Source: Staphylococcus phage S-CoN_Ph3
Sequence record: OR354826.1
DNA: 64,000 nt
Reading direction: 5' to 3' (one strand)
Numbering within the stretch: the first letter of the stretch is position 1; every line of letters starts with the position of its first letter. The position numbers and the translations under genes are program-made. Of this stretch, positions 50,132 to 60,368 are shown piece by piece. The notes beneath the pieces are model-generated. The model did not search any database. It had not been told where the DNA came from and was given only the letters and a program-made list of their open reading frames with translations.

Positions 50132-50337
50132 AACTTCCTCCTAATTTTAATATATTATTGTAATATATATGTTACTTGTCACTATATTTTTCTAATTTAT
50201 TATTTCCTTTATTAACTTTTTCCTTGATTTCTTCTATATTTTCTTGAATTTCTAAAGCGTTCTGTTTTATTTCTTTATCTTTTTGATATGTTTCATACCT
50301 CATATTATCACTTTGAGTCATAATTTTTCCTCTTCTC

Positions 50338-50760
50338 TTATACTATATGATATAAATCAATAGCCTTTTCTTTTAAATCTTCTCTAAAATTATTGTAATA
50401 TTTCTTATCCCTATAGTATTTCTTATCTTTCTTAAATTCTCTATCTTTCTTAACTTCTTTAAAATCAAGAGCTTTTTCATACCTTTTAAGTTGTTCATCC
50501 CCTCCTAATATTTCATATTGTACTTCCATTTCTTCAATCTGAGCCCTCAATAATCTTCTTTCTTGTAAAAATTCTTGAAGTCTCTTATACATTTCTACAG
50601 ATTGAGAAACATCAAACTCTGTCTCTCTTATTTTAATCAATATATCTTCAAATTTACTATTTATCTCTTTCATTTCTATTTGTAGAATGTTGACTGTACC
50701 TTTTAAATCTACTAACTCACTATAAATTCTCTCAATGTAATTCATATATATCCACCCCAA
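50338..50760 (-). CDS. hypothetical coiled-coil protein
   Basis: 140-aa ORF. Confidence 0.3.
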   Translation of the reverse strand: MGWIYMNYIERIYSELVDLKGTVNILQIEMKEINSKFEDILIKIRETEFDVSQSVEMYKRLQEFLQERRLLRAQIEEMEVQYEILGGDEQLKRYEKALDFKEVKKDREFKKDKKYYRDKKYYNNFREDLKEKAIDLYHIV

Positions 50761-51307
50761 TATCTGTTAAATAATTTTTTAATTGTAAATATAATTGAAT
50801 ACCACCCAAAGAATCAAAAGTATCTTTAATATTCTCTTGCTTTCTTTTTACTTTTTCTTGCTTATGAGTTCTTAATTGATATTGTAAAGCATGAATCATA
50901 TTATACATATCATATCCATTCATAATTTCAGTTTCTATTGTGTGATATATCTCTTGTATTTCATGTTTAGAGAAAGGCACTCTATTTGAGTCAATTGATT
51001 CAGAACAAGTGTCAATTTGTAATTTGATGTCATGTAAATTTTTATATTTTTCTTTTAAACTTTCAATTGATTTATTACTTATGTTATAATTAATATTTTT
51101 CTTTATTTTTTTCATATAAGTATCATTAAATTCATATTTCTTTTCTAATCCTCCTAGAACTCTTTGTCTTTGTTTTCTTTTTTCTAATCTCTTATTTAAT
51201 ACATCTTTTGAAGGATTATCTCTGTAATCATCTAACTGTAAAGATTGCAAGATTGATTTTCTTTGTTGTTTTATTTCCTTTGTTGGCATTTTTTTCATAT
51301 TATTCAT
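50732..51307 (-). CDS. hypothetical protein
   Basis: 191-aa ORF. Confidence 0.3.
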   Translation of the reverse strand: MNNMKKMPTKEIKQQRKSILQSLQLDDYRDNPSKDVLNKRLEKRKQRQRVLGGLEKKYEFNDTYMKKIKKNINYNISNKSIESLKEKYKNLHDIKLQIDTCSESIDSNRVPFSKHEIQEIYHTIETEIMNGYDMYNMIHALQYQLRTHKQEKVKRKQENIKDTFDSLGGIQLYLQLKNYLTDIGVDIYELH

Positions 51308-51330
51308 TCCTTTATATCTAAGATACTTAT

Positions 51331-51359
51331 ATTATATATGTATGCCCCCTTAATGTCAA
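51331..51359 (-). promoter_or_regulatory. sigma-70-type promoter (TTGACA within CCCCTTAATGTCAAGGGG palindrome, 17-bp spacer, TATAAT)
   Basis: plus-strand TGTCAA 51354-51359, ATTATA 51331-51336. Confidence 0.5.
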
Positions 51360-51371
51360 GGGGTTTAGATA

Positions 51372-52331
51372 TTATTCAAAATAAAAATCTTCGTCTTTAA
51401 TAGCAACCACTGTAGCTTTCTTATAAGAATCCCCTTTAACACTAAAGAAATCATGTGTTTTCTTACCAACATTTAAGCCATTTAACACAATAGGATTAGG
51501 GTCATCATGCTCATAACGTGATTCATAACCTAAATTATTTAATGCTTTATTTGCATTGTATTTAACGAAATCTAATACATCAATTGTTAAATCAACTTGG
51601 TCATATAAATATCTAGTATATCCAATTTCATTTTCTAATAATTCATCAAATAAATTAATAGTAAATTCTTCCAAACCTTTGATTTGTTCATCAGTTAAAT
51701 CTTTTAATAACTCTTGGTAATTCAACCCTGTGTACACGCCGTGTATCGACTCATCTCTTATTATTAAATTAATAATCTCTCCTGCTCCAACTAGTTTTCC
51801 TTGTCCTGCCATATATAATGGATAGTAAAATCCAGAATAGAATAGAAATGTTTCTAATGCAACCGATGCTGACATTGCTTTTGCTAATGTGTAATCATCT
51901 ACGATTTCATCATAATATTTTTTGATAATTAATCCTTTTTTCTGTAGATGAGGATTTTCTTTTACCCATTCAAACAGTTCGTTAATACGTTTAGACGATT
52001 CTAAAGTTAGAAAAATATTAGAATATGAGCGAGCATGAACCGCTGTCTCCATACCACCCATAAACGTAAACACTGCTTTCTTTTGGTGTGAATTTACATG
52101 GCGTGCAATGTCTGGCATACCAACGTCCCCTTGTAAGGAATCTAGCAAGGTTAGACCTGCTAGAACTTTTGAATAAGTTTCTTTCTCGTCTTCTGTTAAT
52201 TTTTTCCATGTTAATGTATCATTAGACAAACTTACCTCTTCTGGCAGCCAAAATTGTTTTAAATTTTGTAACATAAACATTTCTGAAAAGTCGTCATCTT
52301 TTTTATTCCAATTACCTGCTGTTAATACCAA
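51372..52331 (-). CDS. nrdF: ribonucleotide reductase class Ib beta subunit
   Basis: di-iron motifs (ESIHG, EE...H) and conserved C-terminus; adjacent to nrdE. Confidence 0.7.
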   Translation of the reverse strand: MVLTAGNWNKKDDDFSEMFMLQNLKQFWLPEEVSLSNDTLTWKKLTEDEKETYSKVLAGLTLLDSLQGDVGMPDIARHVNSHQKKAVFTFMGGMETAVHARSYSNIFLTLESSKRINELFEWVKENPHLQKKGLIIKKYYDEIVDDYTLAKAMSASVALETFLFYSGFYYPLYMAGQGKLVGAGEIINLIIRDESIHGVYTGLNYQELLKDLTDEQIKGLEEFTINLFDELLENEIGYTRYLYDQVDLTIDVLDFVKYNANKALNNLGYESRYEHDDPNPIVLNGLNVGKKTHDFFSVKGDSYKKATVVAIKDEDFYFE

Positions 52332-52347
52332 TATAATTTCCTCCTAT

Positions 52348-54468
52348 TTACACTGCACAACTTAAACATTCTGCTTGTTGATAATCTTTTTGTCTAGTAT
52401 AATATAATGTTTTAATACCTTTGTGATGAGCATATAGATAAATTCTAGTCAATTGTCTAGTATCTACACTATCCTTAACAAACAACGTAAAACTAATACC
52501 TTGATGAACGTGTTTTTGAATAGTAGCAATTAAATCCACTACTTTAAACATATCCATATCGTATGCTTCTTTGTAATAGAACCATGTAGAATTATTTAAA
52601 CCAGGCATAGGATAGAATGTTCTACTATCTCCATAAGTTCTTTCTTCTACTCTATCAGTGATTGGCATTACTGATGCTGTGGCTGATTGAACATACGAGA
52701 TGCTGCCGGTAGGTGCAATTGCTGATAAATATGAATGATACATACCATCTTCTTTTACTTTTTGAGCTAATGCTTTCCAATCATCTTTTGTAGGAATATG
52801 AATACCTTCAAATAATGCTTTCACTTTGTCAGATTTAATCTCAAAATCTTCATTATAACGCTCAAAATATTTACCAGTTTGATAGTCTGAACCTTCAAAG
52901 CCTTTAAAAGTTTTATTTCTTTCTTTAGCAATGTCAGTTGATTCCATAATAGTCCAATAGTTTACAGTTCTAAAGAATGCGTCTACAAACTCAATAGCGT
53001 CTTTTGATTCATAAGCAATACCGTTTTGTGCTAAATATCCATGTAGACCTAAAGCCCCCAACCCAACAGAGTGCATTTCATCATTGGCTTTTTTAACTGC
53101 TGGTGCATTTTTAATGTTTGTTTCATCAGACACTCTTGTTAATGCTTTGATTGAGTATCTTACTGTTGTTTCAAAGTCTTTTTGTTTCATGACATTTCCA
53201 ATATTTAATGAACCTAAATTACATGAAATATCTTGACCGATATTATCTGGTTCTTCATAGTCTGTATACTCTGATACTTCGCTGTATTGTAAAATTTCAC
53301 TACAAAGATTAGAGAATTTTACTTTACCTAAATTATTTAATGCGTGGTCTTTGTTAACATTATCTTCAAACATAATATAAGGATAGCCACTTTCTATTTG
53401 AGTTACAGAAATTTGCTCTAATAAATCTCTAGGGTCAATTTTTTGCTTTCTAATTTCTGGGTCGTTAATTAGTTTATCGTACCATTCTTCCATATCAATT
53501 TCATCAATAGTAACGCCATATTTATCCCATAAATTTTTAGGATAGAATAAGTACATAGGTTCATTGTTTCTTGCTAACTCAATAAACTTGTCTGGAATAA
53601 CTACTCCAATAGATAATGTTTTAACACGTACATCTTCGTCAGCACTAATTTTTTTAGTGTCTAAGAAATCGTAAATATCAGCATGGAACACATTTAAATA
53701 AGTAGCAAAGCTACCTTGACGTTTACCGCCTTGATTAATATGTCTTTGTGATTGGTCTAAGTTTTTCATAATAGGTACTACACCCATTGTTTTATTATCG
53801 TTACCCATTAAATCTTCGTTCTTAGCACGTGTTTTAGTTAAATTAATGGAGATTCCACCTCCAAGTTTACTTAACTGTCTGGCTGTACTATTCATCATAT
53901 TAATATCATTTAATGAATCTCCAGTTTCTAATAAGAAACAAGAAACCATTTCTCCTGCTTTAAATAACCCAGCATTTAACATTGTCGGTGTTGCAGGTTG
54001 GTATTGTTGTGTCATTAATAAATCAATATATTTCAACGCTTCGTCTATATCGCCGTTACCAAAGAACAACGCTACTACTGATAATCTATCTTCATAGCGC
54101 TCTAAGAAATGTTGGTTATCATGTGTTTTTAGTGCGTAAGAATCATAGAATTTTTTAGCCGACATGTAAGACGGGAATCTAAACTTATAGTTATAAGCAC
54201 GTTTAAATACTTTTTTAATCTCTGAAAACTTGTATTTATCAAATAATTCTTTACTATAATATCTATTTTCTAAAAGATAATTAATTTTTTCTTTTAAGTC
54301 ATGGAACCAAACCATGTTCATATTTACATAATCTACAAAATACTTCTTAACTGCCTCTTTATCTTTTTCAATTTGTAATTCTCCTTGAGCAGAAATTACT
54401 TCATTGTTCAATTCAATGTGTCCTTTTTCTTTAACCAACAGAATCAACCTTTCTAATAATGTCTTCAA
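52348..54468 (-). CDS. nrdE: ribonucleotide reductase class Ib alpha subunit
   Basis: 706 aa, NrdE-like N-terminus, catalytic NLCSEI, C-terminal CLSCAV redox pair. Confidence 0.75.
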   Translation of the reverse strand: MKTLLERLILLVKEKGHIELNNEVISAQGELQIEKDKEAVKKYFVDYVNMNMVWFHDLKEKINYLLENRYYSKELFDKYKFSEIKKVFKRAYNYKFRFPSYMSAKKFYDSYALKTHDNQHFLERYEDRLSVVALFFGNGDIDEALKYIDLLMTQQYQPATPTMLNAGLFKAGEMVSCFLLETGDSLNDINMMNSTARQLSKLGGGISINLTKTRAKNEDLMGNDNKTMGVVPIMKNLDQSQRHINQGGKRQGSFATYLNVFHADIYDFLDTKKISADEDVRVKTLSIGVVIPDKFIELARNNEPMYLFYPKNLWDKYGVTIDEIDMEEWYDKLINDPEIRKQKIDPRDLLEQISVTQIESGYPYIMFEDNVNKDHALNNLGKVKFSNLCSEILQYSEVSEYTDYEEPDNIGQDISCNLGSLNIGNVMKQKDFETTVRYSIKALTRVSDETNIKNAPAVKKANDEMHSVGLGALGLHGYLAQNGIAYESKDAIEFVDAFFRTVNYWTIMESTDIAKERNKTFKGFEGSDYQTGKYFERYNEDFEIKSDKVKALFEGIHIPTKDDWKALAQKVKEDGMYHSYLSAIAPTGSISYVQSATASVMPITDRVEERTYGDSRTFYPMPGLNNSTWFYYKEAYDMDMFKVVDLIATIQKHVHQGISFTLFVKDSVDTRQLTRIYLYAHHKGIKTLYYTRQKDYQQAECLSCAV

Positions 54469-54793
54469 TTTTTTGTTTATCTTTTTTAGTCCCAGACAAC
54501 TCTAATTTGCAATATAGTGGAACACCGTATTCGTCAGATATTTTTTCTCCTGCAACTGCAAATAATGAGCCCCAATTTCTATTACCAAAAGATACTACAC
54601 CTATCATTTTATTAGAATGTTTGTCTAAAAAATTTTGCACAGGTTCTGGTATCTGTCCAAAATTATAAGTAGGAGTAAACAATATATAATTATCTTTAGG
54701 CTCTGAATCTATATTATGTTTCTCTAAGTCTGTATCTAAACTATCAATAAATCTTTTAGTATTATTTGACTTGGAGTAATATATTAATTCCAA
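54431..54793 (-). CDS. nrdI: NrdI flavodoxin-like protein
   Basis: MELIYYSKSNNTKRFIDSL N-terminus and size typical of NrdI; immediately upstream of nrdE. Confidence 0.65.
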   Translation of the reverse strand: MELIYYSKSNNTKRFIDSLDTDLEKHNIDSEPKDNYILFTPTYNFGQIPEPVQNFLDKHSNKMIGVVSFGNRNWGSLFAVAGEKISDEYGVPLYCKLELSGTKKDKQKIEDIIRKVDSVG

Positions 54794-54826
54794 TTTTATT
54801 ACCTCCCAAATTCTAGCTCAATATAT

Positions 54827-54855
54827 ATTATATCATAAAAGAACAGTTTTGTCAA
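54827..54855 (-). promoter_or_regulatory. sigma-70-type promoter for nrdIEF (TTGACA in palindrome GAACAGTTTTGTCAACTGTTC, 17-bp spacer, TATAAT)
   Basis: plus-strand TGTCAA 54850-54855, ATTATA 54827-54832. Confidence 0.5.
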
Positions 54856-54875
54856 CTGTTCTTGTAAAATAATTA

Positions 54876-55109
54876 TTATTTTTTGCCACTTCTAAATGTA
54901 ATTAAATCTTCATGTAAAACAACTTTAACAAGGGCTGGAACCCCATCTTTTGTTTCTTCTATAATTTCTACATTGTCATATATCTTACATAACCTAGTTA
55001 TATGTGGAATATTGGAACTATATATAATCCATCTATTTAATTCTTTATCGTAGGAGCATGTTGTTTCTGCTTCGTATTTAGAATATCTACTGTCTACTAT
55101 TTTAGCCAT
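54876..55109 (-). CDS. hypothetical protein
   Basis: 77-aa ORF. Confidence 0.3.
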   Translation of the reverse strand: MAKIVDSRYSKYEAETTCSYDKELNRWIIYSSNIPHITRLCKIYDNVEIIEETKDGVPALVKVVLHEDLITFRSGKK

Positions 55110-55262
55110 TTATCAATCTCTTTATTTACTTCGATTTTAGCAAAACCTTTAAGATTTTTATGTTTGGAAATAACCTTATCTTTTAATGCTTCAGTAGAAA
55201 CTGCTCCCATATAGTCCCCGTCTTTATTAAAAATCGCATAAACTGTATATTGTGGTAATTTA

Positions 55263-55751
55263 TTATCCATGCTTTAATCCCTCATTTCTTATTAATGAAT
55301 CAATTTGTGTAACTTTGTCTCTAATATCATCAAATCTTATATTATTTTCAATATCTCTATTACCATATATCTTTTCATATAATCTTATTTTATCAAGTAA
55401 TGAATCTAACTCATTATTTGCCATACCTATATCTTTATTTATCTCGTCTACTAAATGTCGTTTCTTTCTCTTTATTTCAGTGTTGTTTGCTAGTTCTTGT
55501 AGTTTAGTTTCTGGGTAGTAGCTCAATTCTATGAGGTTTTCAATTACCTTTATTTTATTAAGAGAGCTAGTTTTAATTACTTCATCATTATAAACATAGT
55601 TGACAACTAATAAACCAGCTATCCCTTGTGTTTTTTTGACATCTATATAATTTCCTCCACCTAAATCTACACCTACAAATTCATTCATTTTATGTTCTTC
55701 TAACTCATAATAGCTTTCTTCAAATTTCTCTCTTAATCCATCGTTTACCAT
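55263..55751 (-). CDS. hypothetical protein
   Basis: 162-aa ORF. Confidence 0.3.
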   Translation of the reverse strand: MVNDGLREKFEESYYELEEHKMNEFVGVDLGGGNYIDVKKTQGIAGLLVVNYVYNDEVIKTSSLNKIKVIENLIELSYYPETKLQELANNTEIKRKKRHLVDEINKDIGMANNELDSLLDKIRLYEKIYGNRDIENNIRFDDIRDKVTQIDSLIRNEGLKHG

Positions 55752-55771
55752 AAATAACCTCTCCTTTTATA

Positions 55772-56113
55772 TTATTCATTATCCCAACGAACAGACACCA
55801 TAACACCATCTTGTGAATCTTCATATACTGTATGGAAACCTTCATTGTCTAATTCTTTAAGAACTGCTAATATTTCTTGTTTATTATACCCTTCTATAGG
55901 TTCTTTAAACTTAAATATTTTATAATATAATATACAACTAAACCTACCTTTTTCACTAGTTGTTTTAATATCTGATTTAGCTTGTTTTAAAAATTCATCA
56001 ATATTTTTCTTTTTAGGTTTAGCTGTATTAAAGTCGTTTCTTGTTCCTTGAAACCAACGTTTTGCTTTAAGTGTATTATCATAGGTTCGTTGTGCTAGAT
56101 TCTTTTTTGCCAT
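55772..56113 (-). CDS. hypothetical basic protein (start at ATG overlapping upstream stop, TAATG)
   Basis: ORF track 55772..56137; coupling overlap favours 56113. Confidence 0.3.
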   Translation of the reverse strand: MAKKNLAQRTYDNTLKAKRWFQGTRNDFNTAKPKKKNIDEFLKQAKSDIKTTSEKGRFSCILYYKIFKFKEPIEGYNKQEILAVLKELDNEGFHTVYEDSQDGVMVSVRWDNE

Positions 56114-56520
56114 TATACTAACTCGCCATCTTTCCAAATGAGTGTCATTGTCATATCATCATTTAAGATGTAAATAGAAACGCTATGTTCATTTTTAACT
56201 TCCGAAATAGTGCGGTTACCGTACATATAAGATTTTAATATTTTTAAGTCTTTCCAACCTTCCTCTTTTGAAGGTATTGCATTTCTAACTTCTAAAAGTC
56301 TAGGAATTGCCGTTTCTTCTGTGATTGATTCTTCAATTTCTACTGTGAAAGTCTCGTTCACAGCAATTTCATGCTCTATTGATATATTTTGAAGCATATC
56401 GAAATACACAGAACCACCATCGAGATTACTATAAAACGCTTTTTCTGTAATACAGTTCTTCCAACCCCACTGAATTAATTCCGGTAGTGTCATTTCAACT
56501 TCCTTTTTAATCTTTACCAT
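56113..56520 (-). CDS. hypothetical protein, paralog of 57909..58277
   Basis: shared C-terminal motif LIWKDGELV / LIWKNGEMV and similar length. Confidence 0.35.
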   Translation of the reverse strand: MVKIKKEVEMTLPELIQWGWKNCITEKAFYSNLDGGSVYFDMLQNISIEHEIAVNETFTVEIEESITEETAIPRLLEVRNAIPSKEEGWKDLKILKSYMYGNRTISEVKNEHSVSIYILNDDMTMTLIWKDGELV

Positions 56521-56704
56521 AATATCTCTCCTTATTTACTTATCCTTTACATAATCTAAAGGAATATCAATATCATCTTCTGATTCTATTTTAACAAATA
56601 TTTGTTGCAATGTCAATGATAATATGGTAATTATACCTAATAAAACCGTTATTTTAGCTAGTATTTTCATTTTTAAAAGCCTGTCATGACGGGCTTCGTG
56701 ACAC

Positions 56705-57178
56705 CTACCTTTTTAGTTTACGTTCTTCATCTAATTCTTTTCTCAATTTTGCTACATATTCTCTTTGTTTTTGATACATACCATCATCTTTTTCTTTTTC
56801 TACTAACAAAGGTAAGACTTTATTGAAAGCATAGTCATTTACTTTTCTTCTGTTTTTAGAGTATTTAAATTTTGTTATAAACTTATTTTCGTAAGCTACT
56901 CTAAAATCATCACATTTATTAGCTAAAAAGTAAAAAGGTGTTTCTATAATAGTACAAACAAAGTAAATACCTTCTAGGATATAAGCAGGTATTCCTAAAA
57001 TAAAGTTATTAATTTTATGTCTTTTTCTTTCTCTTTTTGATTTCTTTAATAATTTCTTTAAATGGTGTTCATGCTGCTTAGCTATTTCTAATTGTTTTTC
57101 ATTTAGAAAATCATCTTTATTATTAAAAATGTATTCTCCTAATGCTCCATATATTTCTTGTTTATTTCTTTTTACCAT
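56705..57178 (-). CDS. hypothetical membrane-associated protein
   Basis: 157-aa ORF with central hydrophobic helix. Confidence 0.3.
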   Translation of the reverse strand: MVKRNKQEIYGALGEYIFNNKDDFLNEKQLEIAKQHEHHLKKLLKKSKRERKRHKINNFILGIPAYILEGIYFVCTIIETPFYFLANKCDDFRVAYENKFITKFKYSKNRRKVNDYAFNKVLPLLVEKEKDDGMYQKQREYVAKLRKELDEERKLKR

Positions 57179-57345
57179 TACTTATGCCCTCCGTACATTA
57201 AAACAAAAGGGAGCGCTAAAATCAATAAAATATCAATTACAAATATATAATATCTGTAAGGATATAACTTTATTTTAATATAATCCCAAACCTTTTGCAA
57301 TAAAAAATATAGTCTATAACCTAATTCTTTCATAATACCTTCTCC

Positions 57346-57579
57346 TTATTCATTATCTCCAGCAGTCGCAAACGCAATTCTTATAGCTAATCTTTCCATA
57401 ATATGTGGTAATGCTTTATTTAAAAATTCTCCAAATTCATCTATATATTCTTCTATTATTTCTAAAGTCTCTTCATCATCTACAGTATCAAATTCAGCAA
57501 TAATATCCCAAATGTTTATATCATTTTCACTACTTCGTAATACTTGTGTAACTTTATCATAATCAATTTTTTTACCCAT
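57346..57579 (-). CDS. hypothetical acidic protein
   Basis: 77-aa ORF. Confidence 0.3.
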   Translation of the reverse strand: MGKKIDYDKVTQVLRSSENDINIWDIIAEFDTVDDEETLEIIEEYIDEFGEFLNKALPHIMERLAIRIAFATAGDNE

Positions 57580-57607
57580 AACAATCTCTCCTTGATTAGT
57601 ACTTTAT

Positions 57608-57871
57608 TTATTCTTCGATTTCATATATTTCCTCTTTAATGCTCTTAATTAGATTATCTATACTCTCTCTAATATCTTTGCCACTTAGATTATTAAATTC
57701 TGTTGTTGTTTCATATCTAAGATAACCTAAATATCCTATTATATTTACAAGTAACACTTCTGTTTCTTTTATTTTTTCACACGCTTCTCCATCTTTATAC
57801 GTTTCTCTATGAAATTTAATACCTTGTAATAAAAGTTCGGCTGTAATATCATTTTCAATATTGATTTTCAT
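57608..57871 (-). CDS. hypothetical protein
   Basis: 87-aa ORF. Confidence 0.3.
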   Translation of the reverse strand: MKINIENDITAELLLQGIKFHRETYKDGEACEKIKETEVLLVNIIGYLGYLRYETTTEFNNLSGKDIRESIDNLIKSIKEEIYEIEE

Positions 57872-57908
57872 TATATTTAAACTCCTTTTCTCCTATAAAA
57901 TTATTCTT

Positions 57909-58277
57909 TTAAACCATTTCTCCATTCTTCCAAATTAATTGTGTGTTCATTGTATCATCTAAATAGTAAGCTTCTTTTATTTTTATCGGAGTTTCATTCA
58001 CAAGAAATGAAATACTTGTGTTAGTGTAATAATTTATCGCTGTAGTAGAACTATATGGATTAAAATATTTCACAATCATATTTTCTAATATTGTGTCTTC
58101 ATCGATTTCTATTTCTTTCTGTATAATTAAATCTTTCCCATTATTAGAAGTAATATTATCTTTAGTTTCAAAGTCAGCTATTTTTAAGTAGGTGTTGCTG
58201 GTTGATGTTGATGTGTCAGTTAAATAAGTAATCTGTTCGATAAAAAAGGTTTTTTGACCTTCTTGTTTATCAATCAA
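57909..58277 (-). CDS. hypothetical protein, paralog of 56113..56520
   Basis: C-terminal LIWKNGEMV. Confidence 0.35.
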   Translation of the reverse strand: MIDKQEGQKTFFIEQITYLTDTSTSTSNTYLKIADFETKDNITSNNGKDLIIQKEIEIDEDTILENMIVKYFNPYSSTTAINYYTNTSISFLVNETPIKIKEAYYLDDTMNTQLIWKNGEMV

Positions 58278-58317
58278 TCTTTTAAGATATTCTCCTTGAC
58301 TAATAACTTCTTCTATT

Positions 58318-58548
58318 TTAATTTTTGTCGTTATTCAATTCCTCCTTATATGAATCCATTAATTTTTTTGAATGGTCACTAGCCTCTTCTATTAAAAACT
58401 TATCTTCATCTGTCATACTATCTAACAACTCTTGTGTTGTCTTTTCTTGATAGTTATTTACATTGATTGTACTGTCATACTTTTGTAAAATCTCCATAAC
58501 TTTTACTTGTTCATTTAGAATTTCTGAAATTAGTTCTTTTCTACTCAT
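58318..58548 (-). CDS. hypothetical protein
   Basis: 76-aa ORF; upstream TTGACT-N17-TAGTAT promoter-like elements about 58579-58607. Confidence 0.3.
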   Translation of the reverse strand: MSRKELISEILNEQVKVMEILQKYDSTINVNNYQEKTTQELLDSMTDEDKFLIEEASDHSKKLMDSYKEELNNDKN

Positions 58549-58662
58549 TCTTTTTCTCCTCCTTATTTCTATAATTCAATACTAGCATATGTATAAACCA
58601 AAGTCAACAATATATTAATAAAGACTAGAGAAAAACTCTAGCCTTAACATATTTTTATCCTA

Positions 58663-59706
58663 TTAAGCAATCTCTTTTAATTTATCTACTAATACTGATA
58701 AAATTTCTGCTTGACTTTCGTCTAAGTCTTTTACTTTTCTGCCATTTCCTAAGACATCTTCAATAACTTTATTACGCTCTTCTGTTTTACCGTCTTTTTG
58801 TAGTTTTTTTCCTAGTTCAGCTGTTTCTTTCATTAAAGCGTCAAAGTCATATTCTACACCTTTAGACTGTTCTCGTTTGCCTTCTGTAATATTATCTTTT
58901 CCTTCTGATTCAATAGCTTTCTTCACTACTTTTTGATAAGAGTCTGATGATAATTCAGATGTTTCTGGCATAAATCTAAAAGTAGCTCCTGCTAAGTGTG
59001 TTAGTGAATCTCTGTAAAATATTTTACGATGTTCTACCCCATTGTTATCTACAGTTAAGTCTAAAAATAGAATGTTATCTGCTATACGATTAATCATATT
59101 AAAGAACTTTGTTTTTACATCTGGAACTGTTTTTTGATATTCTACATATTCTTTGCCATCTTTTTCACGAGTAGTAGTAGCACCTTCTACATTTTTTTCT
59201 TCTTCTGTTGCATCTTTAACCAATACTTTTTTTGTTTCTGTTTTAGCATGTGAAATAAATACAGGTGTATATCCAGACTTTTCAATCAAAGAAAGACCTT
59301 TTTCTAACTCTTTATTATATTCACTGAAACCTTTACCCCATGCGGCGTCTGACAAATCGTCAATTTGTAAGTTAGATAAAACATAAGTTTCACAATAAGT
59401 TTCGAAACGAGAGACAGTATCTAATGCGATTGCATCGTACTTTTCTTGTAATTTAGGGTTTTTAAGTAATTTCATGATACGTAAAAACTCCGCCCAAGAA
59501 TCAATATTAATAACATGAGCATTAGGAATTGCGTCGTGACGACGTTCAGTTGCTAAAAATAATACTTTCTCTCCGTATAAATCATTAATAAATGTTGTTT
59601 TACCAGTTTTAGGAAACCCATAAACAAATGTAGAGTATGTTTTTGCGTCAGTTGGTACTTTATTTCCCTCGATATTCAATAAATCATCTACTGTAATTTT
59701 TGCCAT
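58663..59706 (-). CDS. Sak4-like (AAA_24 family) recombination ATPase
   Basis: Walker A GFPKTGKTT, LFLATE, AIALDTVS layout typical of AAA_24 phage ATPases; C-terminal extension. Confidence 0.55.
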   Translation of the reverse strand: MAKITVDDLLNIEGNKVPTDAKTYSTFVYGFPKTGKTTFINDLYGEKVLFLATERRHDAIPNAHVINIDSWAEFLRIMKLLKNPKLQEKYDAIALDTVSRFETYCETYVLSNLQIDDLSDAAWGKGFSEYNKELEKGLSLIEKSGYTPVFISHAKTETKKVLVKDATEEEKNVEGATTTREKDGKEYVEYQKTVPDVKTKFFNMINRIADNILFLDLTVDNNGVEHRKIFYRDSLTHLAGATFRFMPETSELSSDSYQKVVKKAIESEGKDNITEGKREQSKGVEYDFDALMKETAELGKKLQKDGKTEERNKVIEDVLGNGRKVKDLDESQAEILSVLVDKLKEIA

Positions 59707-59977
59707 AATTAATTTCTCCTTTGATTTTATAATGTTTTATAATTTTTTATATTGCTAATTAATTAAATGGTTTTAATTCTTCAACAGAGTTATCTAGTGT
59801 ATCTAAGACTTCTTCTGATAATGCAATTAAAGTTTCTGACGTATCTAATGATGAACCTTTTTCATATACTGTGTCCATAAATGACTTCCTAATATTGTTA
59901 ATTGCTCTTTAATTTGTTCAACACTCATTAAATCATCTAATTTAATCTCTTTCATGAATAATTTCTCCTTTATTATA

Positions 59978-60202
59978 TTATATTAGCTTCACTTTATCAA
60001 GTCTAAATTCTAATTCCTTTTCGACCTCAGTAAAGAAAGCTACCATTAAATACTCGTTCTTATTGTCAGCTTCTTGTTTGTCGAGTTTTAAAATGTTTTT
60101 AATTGTTCCATAATTTTCATGTTTAAAAATTAAATTATCTAAATACTCTTCGACCTTTTCCTCTAATAATTCTCCATAATGTGTATAATAATCAAAACCC
60201 AT
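59978..60202 (-). CDS. hypothetical protein
   Basis: 74-aa ORF. Confidence 0.3.
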   Translation of the reverse strand: MGFDYYTHYGELLEEKVEEYLDNLIFKHENYGTIKNILKLDKQEADNKNEYLMVAFFTEVEKELEFRLDKVKLI

Positions 60203-60368
60203 TATTATTCCTCCTTAAATAATAACAAGGGGACAATCCCCTTGCATTAAAAGTCTAAATCATCTAAGTCACTATCTGTAGTTGTGTCTTCTTGTTTTTT
60301 CTTATCGTCTTTACTTCCTTCTCCAAAAGCGTTATCGCTTGGAGTTGAGCTTGGAACATAACCGTCTT

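Noticed and set aside
52018-52209. 63-aa ORF within nrdF in another frame
   Set aside because: Embedded in nrdF, which has conserved RNR beta motifs in the main frame.
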